Below, one piece after another: positions 47,873 to 60,279 of a stretch of DNA of 64,000 bases. Positions within the stretch are counted from its first letter, which is position 1. The number at the start of each line of letters is the position of its first letter. The stretch covers positions 10,354,001-10,418,000 of the forward strand of contig NC_092680.1 in NCBI RefSeq assembly GCF_964355755.1, read 5' to 3'. Under the pieces are notes generated by a model that saw only the letters and a list, made by a program, of their open reading frames with translations, did not search any database and was not told where the DNA came from. The translations under genes and the position numbers were made by a program. This stretch comes from Antedon mediterranea. Its lineage: Eukaryota; Animalia; Echinodermata.

Positions 47873-50800
47873 TTCATCGAAATGCACAAAATGGTCTAAA
47901 ACGTCTCCAAATGGGATTTGAAGCTATTTTGTACATTATGATGTTTTGTGTGAAAAAGTGTTATCGAAATGCTCAAAATGGTCTAAAACGTCTCCAAATG
48001 CGATTTGAAGCTATTTTGTACAATTTGATGTTTTTGTGTGAAAGTTTTATCGAAATGCACAATATGGTCTAAAACATCTCCAAATACGATATTAAGCTAT
48101 TTTGTGCACTTTGATGTTTTTGTGTGAAAAGTTTTATCGAAATGTTCAAAATGGTCTAAAACGGTTTCAAATGTGATTTTAAGCACTTTGATGTTTTTCT
48201 GTAACCAAGTTTCATCGAAATGCACAAAATGGTCTAAAACGTCTACAAATGGGATTTGAAGCTATTTTGTACAATATGATGTTTTTGTGTGAAAGTTTTA
48301 TCGAAATTCACAAAATGGTCTAAAACGTCTCCAATTACGATATTAAGCTATTTTGTGCACTTTGATGTTTTTGTGTGAAAAGTTTTATCGAAATGCTCAA
48401 AATGGTCTAAAACGTCTCCAAATGCGATTTGAAGCTATTTTGTACAATTTGATGTGTTTGTGTGAAAGTTTTATCGAAATGCACAATATGGTCTAAAACA
48501 TCTCCAAATACGATATTAAGCTATTTTGTGCACTTTGATGTTTTTGTGTGAAAAGTTTTATCGAAATGTTCAAAATGGTCTAAAACGGTTTCAAATGTGA
48601 TTTTAAGCACTTTGATGTTTTTCTGTAACCAAGTTTCATCGAAATGCACAAAATGGTCTAAAACGTCTACAAATGGGATTTGAAGCTATTTTGTACAATA
48701 TGATGTTTTTGTGTGAAAGTTTTATCGAAATTCACAAAATGGTCTAAAACGTCTCCAATTACGATATTAAGCTATTTTGTGCACTTTGATGTTTTTGTGT
48801 GAAAAGTTTTATCGAAATGCTCAAAATGGTCTAAAACGTCTCCAAATGCGATTTGAAGCTATTTTGTACAATTTGATGTGTTTGTGTGAAAGTTTTATCG
48901 AAATGCACAATATGGTCTAAAACATCTCCAAATACGATATTAAGCAATTTTGTGCACTTTGATGTTTTTTGTGTGAAAAGTTTTATCGAAATGTTCAAAA
49001 TGGTCTGAAACGGTTTCAAATGTGATTTTAAGCACTTTGATGTTTTTGTGTAACCAAGTTTCATCGATATGCACAAAATGGTCTAAAACGTCTACAAATG
49101 GGATTTGAAGCTATTTTGTACAATATGATGTTTTTGTGTGAAAATTTTATCGAAATTCACAAAATGGTCTAAAACGTCTCCAATTACGATATTAAGTTAT
49201 TTTGTGAACTTTGATGTTTTTGTGTGAAAAGTTTTATCGAAATGCTCAAAATGATGTAAAACGCCTCCAAATGCGATTTAAAGCTATTTTGTACAATTTG
49301 ATGTTTTTGTGTGAAAGTTTTATTGAAATTCACAAAATGGTCTAAAAGGTCTCCAGATAGGATTTGAAGCTATTTTGTAAAATTTGATGTTTTCTGTGAA
49401 AAAGTTTTGTTAAAATGCTGAAAATGGTCTAAAATGTCTCCAAATGGGATTTGAAGCTATTTTGTACATTATGATGTTTTGTGTGAAAAAGTTTTATCGA
49501 AATTCTCAAAATGGTCTAAAACGTCTCCAAATGCGATTTGAAGCTATTTTGTACAATTTGATGTTTTCTGTGAAAAAAGTTTTGTCGAAATGCTCAAAAT
49601 GGTCTAGAACGTCTCAAAATGCGATTTGAAGCTATTTTGTACAATTTGATGTTTTTGTGTGAAAAGTTTTATCGAAATGCTAAAAATGGCCAAAAACGGT
49701 TTCAAATTTGATTTTAAGCACTTTGATGTTCAAAATGGTCTAAAACGGTTTCAAATGTGATTTTAAGCACTTTGATGTTTTTGTGTGAAAAGTTTTATCG
49801 AAATGTTCAAAATGGTCTAAAACGGTTTCAAATGTGATTTTAAGCACTTTGATGTTTTTCTGTAACCAAGTTTCATCGAAATGCACAAAATGGTCTAAAA
49901 CGTCTACAAATGGGATTTGAAGCTATTTTGTACAATATGATGTTTTTGTGTGAAAGTTTTATCGAAATTCACAAAATGGTCTAAAACGTCTCCAATTACG
50001 ATATTAAGCTATTTTGTGCACTTTGATGTTTTTGTGTGAAAAGTTTTATCGAAATGCTCAAAATGGTCTAAAACGTCTCCAAATGCGATTTGAAGCTATT
50101 TTGTACAATTTGATATGTTTGTGTGAAAGTTTTATCGAAATGCACAATATGGTCTAAAACATCTCCAAATACGATATTAAGCTATTTTGTGCACTTTGAT
50201 GTTTTTGTGTGAAAAGTTTTATCGAAATGTTCAAAATGGTCTAAAACGGTTTCAAATGTGATTTTAAGCACTTTGATGTTTTTCTGTAACCAAGTTTCAT
50301 CGAAATGCACAAAATGGTCTAAAACGTCTACAAATGGGATTTGAAGCTATTTTGTACAATATGATGTTTTTGTGTGAAAGTTTTATCGAAATTCACAAAA
50401 TGGTCTAAAACGTCTCCAATTACGATATTAAGCTATTTTGTGCACTTTGATGTTTTTGTGTGAAAAGTTTTATCGAAATGCTCAAAATGGTCTAAAACGT
50501 CTCCAAATGCGATTTGAAGCTATTTTGTACAATTTGATGTGTTTGTGTGAAAGTTTTATCGAAATGCACAATATGGTCTAAAACATCTCCAAATACGATA
50601 TTAAGCAATTTTGTGCACTTTGATGTTTTTTGTGTGAAAAGTTTTATCGAAATGTTCAAAATGGTCTGAAACGGTTTCAAATGTGATTTTAAGCACTTTG
50701 ATGTTTTTGTGTAACCAAGTTTCATCGATATGCACAAAATGGTCTAAATCGTCTACAAATGGGATTTGAAGCTATTTTGTACAATATGATGTTTTTGTGT

Positions 50801-53800
50801 GAAAATTTTATCGAAATTCACAAAATGGTCTAAAACGTCTCCAATTACGATATTAAGTTATTTTGTGAACTTTGATGTTTTTGTGAGAAAAGTTTTATCG
50901 AAATGCTCAAAATGATGTAAAACGCCTCCAAATGCGATTTAAAGCTATTTTGTACAATTTGATGTTTTTGTGTGAAAGTTTTATTGAAATTCACAAAATG
51001 GTCTAAAAGGTCTCCAAATGGGATTTGAAGCTATTTTGTAAAATTTGATGTTTTCTGTGAAAAAGTTTTGTTAAAATGCTGAAAATGGTCTAAAATGTCT
51101 CCAAATGGGATTTGAAGCTATTTTGTACATTATGATGTTTTGTGTGAAAAAGTTTTATCGAAATTCTCAAAATGGTCTAAAACGTCTCCAAATGCGATTT
51201 GAAGCTATTTTGTACAATTTGATGTTTTCTGTGAAAAAAGTTTTGTCGAAATGCTCAAAATGGTCTAGAACGTCTCAAAATGCGATTTGAAGCTATTTTG
51301 TACAATTTGATGTTTTTGTGTGAAAAGTTTTATCGAAATGCTAAAAATGGCCAAAAACGGTTTCAAATTTGATTTTAAGCACTTTGATGTTCAAAATGGT
51401 CTAAAACGGTTTCAAATGTGATTTTAAGCACTTTGATGTTTTTGTGTGAAAAGTTTTATCGAAATGTTCAAAATGGTCTAAAACGGTTTCAAATGTGATT
51501 TTAAGCACTTTGATGTTTTTCTGTAACCAAGTTTCATCGAAATGCACAAAATGGTCTAAAACGTCTACAAATGGGATTTGAAGCTATTTTGTACAATATG
51601 ATGTTTTTGTGTGAAAGTTTTATCGAAATTCACAAAATGGTCTAAAACGTCTCCAATTACGATATTAAGCTATTTTGTGCACTTTGATGTTTTTGTGTGA
51701 AAAGTTTTATCGAAATGCTCAAAATGGTCTAAAACGTCTCCAAATGCGATTTGAAGCTATTTTGTACAATTTGATATGTTTGTGTGAAAGTTTTATCGAA
51801 ATGCACAATATGGTCTAAAACATCTCCAAATACGATATTAAGCTATTTTGTGCACTTTGATGTTTTTGTGTGAAAAGTTTTATCGAAATGTTCAAAATGG
51901 TCTAAAACGGTTTCAAATGTGATTTTAAGCACTTTGATGTTTTTCTGTAACCAAGTTTCATCGAAATGCACAAAATGGTCTAAAACGTCTACAAATGGGA
52001 TTTGAAGCTATTTTGTACAATATGATGTTTTTGTGTGAAAGTTTTATCGAAATTCACAAAATTGTCTAAAACGTCTCCAATTACGATATTAAGCTATTTT
52101 GTGCACTTTGATGTTTTTGTGTGAAAAGTTTTATCGAAATGCTCAAAATGGTCTAAAACGTCTCCAAATGCGATTTGAAGCTATTTTGTACAATTTGATG
52201 TGTTTGTGTGAAAGTTTTATCGAAATGCACAATATGGTCTAAAACATCTCCAAATACGATATTAAGCAATTTTGTGCACTTTGATGTTTTTTGTGTGAAA
52301 AGTTTTATCGAAATGTTCAAAATGGTCTGAAACGGTTTCAAATGTGATTTTAAGCACTTTGATGTTTTTGTGTAACCAAGTTTCATCGATATGCACAAAA
52401 TGGTCTAAATCGTCTACAAATGGGATTTGAAGCTATTTTGTACAATATGATGTTTTTGTGTGAAAATTTTATCGAAATTCACAAAATGGTCTAAAACGTC
52501 TCCAATTACGATATTAAGTTATTTTGTGAACTTTGATGTTTTTGTGAGAAAAGTTTTATCGAAATGCTCAAAATGATGTAAAACGCCTCCAAATGCGATT
52601 TAAAGCTATTTTGTACAATTTGATGTTTTTGTGTGAAAGTTTTATTGAAATTCACAAAATGGTCTAAAAGGTCTCCAAATGGGATTTGAAGCTATTTTGT
52701 AAAATTTGATGTTTTCTGTGAAAAAGTTTTGTTAAAATGCTGAAAATGGTCTAAAATGTCTCCAAATGGGATTTGAAGCTATTTTGTACATTATGATGTT
52801 TTGTGTGAAAAAGTTTTATCGAAATTCTCAAAATGGTCTAAAACGTCTCCAAATGCGATTTGAAGCTATTTTGTACAATTTGATGTTTTCTGTGAAAAAA
52901 GTTTTGTCGAAATGCTCAAAATGGTCTAGAACGTCTCAAAATGCGATTTGAAGCTATTTTGTACAATTTGATGTTTTTGTGTGAAAAGTTTTATCGAAAT
53001 GCTAAAAATGGCCAAAAACGGTTTCAAATTTGATTTTAAGCACTTTGATGTTCAAAATGGTCTAAAACGGTTTCAAATGTGATTTTAAGCACTTTGATGT
53101 TTTTGTGTAACCAAGTTTCATCGAAATGCACAAAATGGTCTAAAACGTCTCCAAATGGGATTTGAAGCTATTTTGTACATTATGATGTTTTGTGTGAAGA
53201 AGTTTTATCGAAATGCTCAAAATGGTCTAAAACGTCTCCAAATACGATATTAAGCAATTTTGTGAACTTTGATGTTTTTGTGTGAAAAGTTTGATCGAAA
53301 TGCTCAAAATTGTCTAAAACGTCTCCAAATGCGATTTGAAACTATTTTGTACAATTTGATATTTTGTATGAAAAACTTCTATCGAAATGCTCAAAACGGT
53401 CTGAAACGTTTCCAAATACGATATTAAGCTATTTTGCGCACTTTGATGTTTTTGTGTGAAAAGTTTTATCGAAATGTTCAAAATGGTCTAAAACGGTTTC
53501 TAATGTGATTTTAAGCACTTTGATCTTTTTGTGTAACCAAGTTTCATCGAAATGCACAAAATGGTCTAAAACGTCTCCAAATGGGATTTGAAGCTATTTT
53601 GTACATTAGGATGTTTTGTGTGAAAAAGTGTTATCGAAATGCTCAAAATGGTCTAAAACGTCTCCAAATGCGATTTGAAACTATTTTGTACAATTTGATA
53701 TTTTGTTTGAAAAAGTTCTATCGAAATGCTCAAAACGATCTGAAACGTTTCCAAATACGATATTAAGCTATTTTGTGCACTTTGATGTTTTTGTGTGAAA

Positions 53801-55464
53801 AGTTTTATCGAAATGTTCAAAATGGTCTAAAAGGGTTTCAAATGTGATTTTAAGCACTTTGATGTTTTTGTGTAACCAAGTTTCATCGAAATGCACAAAA
53901 TGGTCTAAAACGTCTCCAAATGGGATTTGAAGCTATTTTGTACATTATGATGTTTTGTGTGAAAAAGTTTTATCGAAATGCTCAAAATGGTCTAAAACGT
54001 CTCCAAATGCGATTTGAAGCTATTTTTTACAATTTGATGTTTTTGTGTGAAAGTTTTATCGAAATGCACAAAATGGTCTAAAACATCTCCAAATACGATA
54101 TTAAGCTATTTTGTGCACTTTGATGTTTTTGTGTGAAAAGTTTTATCGAAATGTTCAAAATGGTCTAAAACGGTTTCAAATGTGATTTTAAGCACTTTGA
54201 TGTTTTTCTGTAACCAAGTTTCATCGAAATGCACAAAATGGTCTAAAACGTCTACAAATGGGATTTTAAGCTATTTTGTACAATATGATGTTTTTGTGTG
54301 AAAGTTTTATCGAAATTCACAAAATGGTCTAAAACGTCTCCAATTACGATATTAAGCTATTTTGTGCACTTTGATGTTTTTGTGTGAAAAGTTTTATCGA
54401 AATGCTCAAAATGGTCTAAAACGTCTCCAAATGCGATTTGAAGCTATTTTGTACAATTTGATGTGTTTGTGTGAAAGTTTTATTGAAATGCACAAAATGG
54501 TCTAAAGGGTCTCCAAATAAGATTTGAAGCTATTTTGTACAATTTGATGTTTTCTGTGAAAAAAGTTTTGTCGAAATGCTCAAAATGGTCTAAATCGTCT
54601 CCAAATGCGATTTGAAGCTATTTTGTACAATTTGATGTTTTTGTGTGAAAAGGTTTATCGAAATGCTAAAAATGGCCAAAAACGGTTTCAAATGTGATTT
54701 TAAGGACTTTGATGTTTTTGTTTAACCAAGTTTCATCGAAATGCACAAAATGGTCTAAAACGTGTCCAAATGGGATTTGAAGCTATTTTGTACATTATGA
54801 TGTTTTGTGTGAAAAATTTCTATCGAAATGCTCAAAACGGTCTGACACGTTTCCAAATACGATATTAAGCTATTTTGTGCACTTTGATGTTTTTGTGTGA
54901 AAATTTTATCGAAATGTTCAAAATGGTCTAAAACGGTTTCAAATGTGATTTTAAGCACTTTGATGTTTTTGTGTAACCAAGTTTCATCGAAATTCACAAA
55001 ATGGTCTAAAACGTCTACAAATGGGATTGGAAGCTATTTTGTACATTATGATGTTTTTGTGTAACCAAGTTTCATCGAAATGCACAAAATGGTCTAAAAC
55101 GGTTTCAAATGTGATTTTATGTGTGAAAAATGATGTTTTGTGTGAAAAAGTTTTATCGAAATGCTCAAAATGGTCTAAAACGTCTCCAAATGCGATTTGA
55201 AGCTATTTTGTACAATTTGATGTTTTTGTATGAAAGTTTTATCGAAATGCACAATATGGTCTAAAACATCTCGAAATAATTATGATATTAAGCTATTTTG
55301 TGCACTTTGATGTTTTTGTGTGAAAAGTTTTATCGAAATGTTCAAAATGGTCTAAAACGGTTTCAAATGTGATTTTAAGCACATTGATGTTTTTGTGTAA
55401 CCAAGTTTCATAGAAATGCACAAAATGGTCTAAAACGTCTCCAAATACGATATTAAGCTATTTT
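47870..55464 (+). repeat. Satellite DNA block 5, including a 1661-bp higher-order repeat x3
   Basis: About 90 monomers; identical ORF-track peptides recur at 1661-bp spacing. Confidence 0.97.
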
Positions 55465-56420
55465 ATGCCGCAAGAGGCCAGACGGAAAAATACAATAGAC
55501 ACCAACTTGGATGGAAATTGTCATATTTATTTAAATGACGAAAAACATAATAGCATATATATAATAATAGAGTTGTAATAATGGGGCAGCCCCTAACTAA
55601 TTTAGTTTCATCTAAGACGCATACATAATGTATGGGCTGCCCCTATCAAGTGTACCGTATATGTACGGAAAATAACTACTACTAACCAAACACCTTGGTT
55701 ATTACATAAAATCACATAAATATATATTGAATGTTAAATATAATATGCATGGTTATCAAGAATCCAAAGATTAACTTGACTTACTAAACTAAAACTAATT
55801 AAAATACAAGTTAGCTGGGTGAACATGCCCAAGTAATGTAAACTTCAAACACTGGTGGAAGCAGGGGAGGACGGTGGGTAAATCTTTAAACACGTCTACT
55901 CCGGATGGATGCTAAAAGCGATAGGACACATACACCACGCGGATGTATCAAATTCCCCACGTTAGCCGCCGCAGCCCACTACGTGATGACGTAGAGCCCC
56001 GCCCTCCTGCGGCACAAACTCTTCTTTCTACCCAGGCTTGAAAAATGTGTTTTATGCCGCAAGAGGCCAGACGGAAAAATACAATAGACACCAACTTGGA
56101 TGGAAATTGTCATATTTATTTAAATGACGAAACACATAATAGCATATATATATAATAATAGAGTTGTTATAATGGGGCAGCCCCTAACTAATTTAGTTCC
56201 ATCTAAGACGTATACATAATGTATGAGCTGCCCCTATCAAGTGTACCATATATGTACGGACAATAACTACTACTAACTAAACACCTTGGTTATTACATAA
56301 AATCACATAAATATATATTGAATGTTAAATATAATATGCATGGTTATCAAGAATCCAAAGATTAACTTGACTTACTAAACTAAAACTAATTAAAATACAA
56401 GTTAGCTGGGTGAACATGCC
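55461..56420 (-). repeat. Split direct repeat terminus (B1-A2-B2)
   Basis: ~370-bp direct repeats separated by a 220-bp GC-richer segment. Confidence 0.85.
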
Positions 56421-56691
56421 ACAAACCCAACAAACAAAGAGGGTTACCACCCAGACAAACAAACATAAAAAATATCTGAAGCTAAGCTTGACAGATAGGA
56501 CCAACAGAAACAAACTTGTCTCGCAAGGCCAAGCTCAAACAATCCGAAACACGAAAGCGTTTCTATATGGAAAATGATTGGATTCTTATGTAATTTTGTA
56601 CGGCCTTAGAATTCCATCGCCCAAATTGTTGTATAGTGTTCTCCGCTAAACTCAGGGAAGCAGCATGAGAACACCTGTATATAGGAATGAA

Positions 56692-58990
56692 TTAAATATA
56701 AATGTGGTAGGACGGAACATGAATTGGATTTGGACTGATAGAAGGAAAGGATTCCAGAGCCGCTGTAAATTTTTTCCTTGATAAAAGATCCGCCAACACG
56801 TTATCTACTCCAGGAATATGCATTGCACGGAATTGTATGTTATACTGGAGGCATATATAAATACTAACCGCCGAATAAGACGCATAAGCGTTTTGTCTTT
56901 AGCAGATTTCTTATTGATAACAGCCACAACAGCTGAATTATCACAACGAAACAAAATGCGGCGATTAGCGAGCTCATGCCCCCATATTTCTAGGGCAATA
57001 ACAATTGGAAATAACTCCAAAACAGCGATCGAAAAACCTACAAAGTCAAACCCCCAGTCGATGTAAAACCATCTGTCGCAAAATACTGTGGCGCAACCAA
57101 AAGACGCAGCTAGCTGCATCGGAGAATAAGTGCAGTGTCGAAGAATTTAGCCATTTTTCTGGAAGGATAAGGGCTTTTCCATTAAAAGATTCAAAGAATG
57201 TTAGCCATATCCGCAAATCGTCCTTAACTCCATGAGTTAAGCGAATGAAATGAGATGGATGTTTAGCTAATGACAGGAGGTTTATCATACGGCGTAAAAA
57301 CGCCCTACCCGGCACTACCACACTACAAGCGTAATTAAGCAGGCCAACCATTGATTGCATATCGCGCAGTGTGACTTTTTTTCTAATTAAAAAATTCAGT
57401 TATTTTTGTTACAGTTTTTTCAATCTTAGGTAATGGGAGGCGACATTCCATCATGACTCTGTCCACCTCAATCCCGTATATTGTAATGACATTAGTCGGA
57501 GTTACAGTTTTAGACACCTTTATAGGAACCCCGATCTTATCGCAAAGATATACAAATTGAGACAGTGCGTTGTGGCAGTCATTAGAATCATTAGGGCCGA
57601 CGAAGAAAAAATCATCCAGAATATGGGATACATCCCTTACATTAAATTTATTACGCAGTATCCATACTAACGCTTTACTAAATGATTCGAAAATATTGCA
57701 TGAGCGACTGGCGCCCATAGGCAGACACCGGTCATAAAAGAACCTGCCATCCCCAGAAAACTCCAGCAAATGGTAATCATCTGGGTGAATAGGGATAATT
57801 CTGAAGGCGTCTTCTATGTCGGTCTTAGACATTAATGCCCTAGGTCCATTTTTTAATATTAATCTAACTACATCATCGATTGTGTCGTAGGAAACCTGTG
57901 AAACATCATGTGGAATCCCTGAGTTGACCGAAGCCCCCCGGGGGTACGACAAGTCCTGGATAATGCGATATTTGCATAATTCAGCTTTGGGAACAAAACC
58001 CAATGGCGAGAAGAAAAATTTATCAAACGGAGGGGACTCGAAAGGGCCAGCCAATCTACCGAGTCGTAAACCATTAGAAATAAATTCTTCTATCTGTATC
58101 GGGTGATCGAGGGCACTTGGATGGTTGCGGGCGATGCCCGAAACCGGGGGCTTTAAACAGAGGAGACGGAATCCAAACGAGAAACCGACTAACAATTCGT
58201 TAAACAATTCGTGTGTATACCCTGTTAAATACCTTGAAAGTTCATTTATTACCACTGGCGTTGGTAGATGGGTTTGCTCGAGTGCCGGTTTGACGACTTG
58301 TCGTTCGTGGTTTATTGCATTGAATTCTGGGGTGTGGTTGACGGCAGTCGGTACACAGATGTGAGAAGCGGCATGTGGGGGCGTGGCATTGCTTCCCAGC
58401 ATTAAATTTGAAACATATCTGTTGGCCACGAAAATTATGCTGCCCATGTGGACGAGAGTTAGGTCTGAAAGAAGATACATTCCCTAACGAAGCCAGTTTT
58501 AACATAAGCTCTGGGTGAAGCACATCCCAATTTAAAGGCCTGCCCTGTCGTGCTTTGCGAAAACTTTCGTCATAGGTCCGCCAGTTCAGGTTCCCCAAAG
58601 CATGTAATTCTAGTATGTTGTTGACATATTTAAGCATATGCAAACATTGAGCAGGCGATTTTTCAACAAATATGGACATGTATATTGTAACTGCCCGCAT
58701 CCATTCAGTAATTGTGATTAACTTTTTCTTACTTTTGTCTGTCTCTACACGGAGTTGTTTATCAATAATTGATAACAAGACCCCAGTAGTATCATTGTCA
58801 TTATTATGTCCTGAGGTCAATGTATCCATTTGCCCATATTTTATTTTTAACCGATAGTGGCACATTACTGCCCAGAGCAATCGAGTCAGTCATTGTTATG
58901 TCGGCCCGAGACGGCTCACCTTCAAAGAGATCGTTTACAGACGTGTCCAATGGCTGAGCCTTTGTGGCAGTTGCCTTGCCCGCCTTCAAT
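56692..58990 (-). pseudogene. Gag (partial) and RT-RNase H of copy X, frameshifted
   Basis: ORFs 58242-58880, 57383-58480, 57046-57360 and 56805-57119. Confidence 0.88.
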
Positions 58991-59333
58991 ACCTTCGCAA
59001 CTTCAGTGTATCAAGTGTACCGTATATGTACGGACAATAACTACTACTAACTAAACACCTTGGTTATTACATAAAATCACATAAATATATATTGAATGTT
59101 AAATATAATATGCATGGTTATCAAGAATCCAAAGATTAACTTGACTTACTAAACTAAAACTAATTAAAAAGTTTGCTGTGTGAACATGCCACAAACCCGA
59201 CAAACAAAGAGGGTTACCACCCAGACAAACAAACATCAAAAAATATCTGAAGCTAAGCTTGACAGATAGGACCAACAGAAACAAACTTGTCTCGCGAGGC
59301 CAAGCTCGAACAATCCGAAACACGAAAGCGTTT

Positions 59334-60262
59334 CTATATGGAAAATGATTGGATTCTTATGTAATTTTGTACGGCCTTAGAATTCCATCACCCAAATTGT
59401 TGTATAGTGTTCTCCGCTAAACCCAGGGAAGCAGCATGAGTTGCGGCGCCGATACGAAAACTATGACCTTTATAAAATGTAGGGTCAAGACCAATGAAAC
59501 AAATCGCCTCTTTTAGTTTTGCGTATATGAACCGAGCCGCAATCGGCCGACCGTCCATATGTTGGAACAAAGGACCATAGGTATGCCGAAAATGTTTGGT
59601 GTAATCTTGTAAACATTTTACTGGACAGAACCGAGTGCCCGTAGCACTATTGAATGAAATGTGGATAGGAGGCTTACCTACGCCGGTTTTGTGATGGTAT
59701 ATAGTTAAGGACGCTGAATTTCCAGAAAGACATAGATCACTGCGTTGCACGACCTTCCTATCCGCGTCCCCTTTTCCTACGGCCAATTCACCAATCCGGA
59801 AGAACCCTTGGAACGCGGTAAGGAAAAAGGCCCCGAAAAGTAATCTATAAGAAAAACTGGGTTCTATCGACTCTAGACACGCTAACAATTTAGTCAAAAT
59901 TTCTGCAGTGGTAGGCAAGCGTACATCCGGACGATCCGAAGCATAATGCACGCCACGTAACATTTTTACAACCAAAAACGAATTACAAGGATCGGGTAAT
60001 TCTGCTAGTTTGTGTATAAAAGAGACGGACGAAATGATAGACGAAATCGTTCTAGGTGCATATTGTAGACCATGTAAATGTGCCACAAAGTTGCATACCG
60101 TAGCCGGGTTTACAGGGAGCTGAACGGGTTTTCCCAACCATGATGCCAACTTTTGAATATTGCGTTGATACGCCTTATCCGTGGCTGGCGCCAATGACGA
60201 GTGAATGAGTGTTGTAGCTTCACAGCTAAGGGGTACCATGTTGTTTGCAGAAGACACAACAC
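59334..60262 (-). pseudogene. Tyrosine recombinase of copy Y with premature stop
   Basis: AFQGFFRIGEL, HHKT, GHSFRIGAATHAA. CGA>TGA at 59388-59390 truncates before GRW..NYIR. Confidence 0.9.
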
Positions 60263-60279
60263 CTGTAAATAGGAATGAA

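Noticed and set aside
22016-55464. Repetitive ORFs in the satellite (e.g. FYRNAQNGLKRLQMRFEAILYNLMF)
   Set aside because: An 87-bp monomer is 29 codons, so short open frames arise automatically. They are broken by frequent stops and indels and show no sign of coding constraint.
18220-55464. CENP-B box in the satellite
   Set aside because: No TTCG....A..CGGG match was seen in the monomers.
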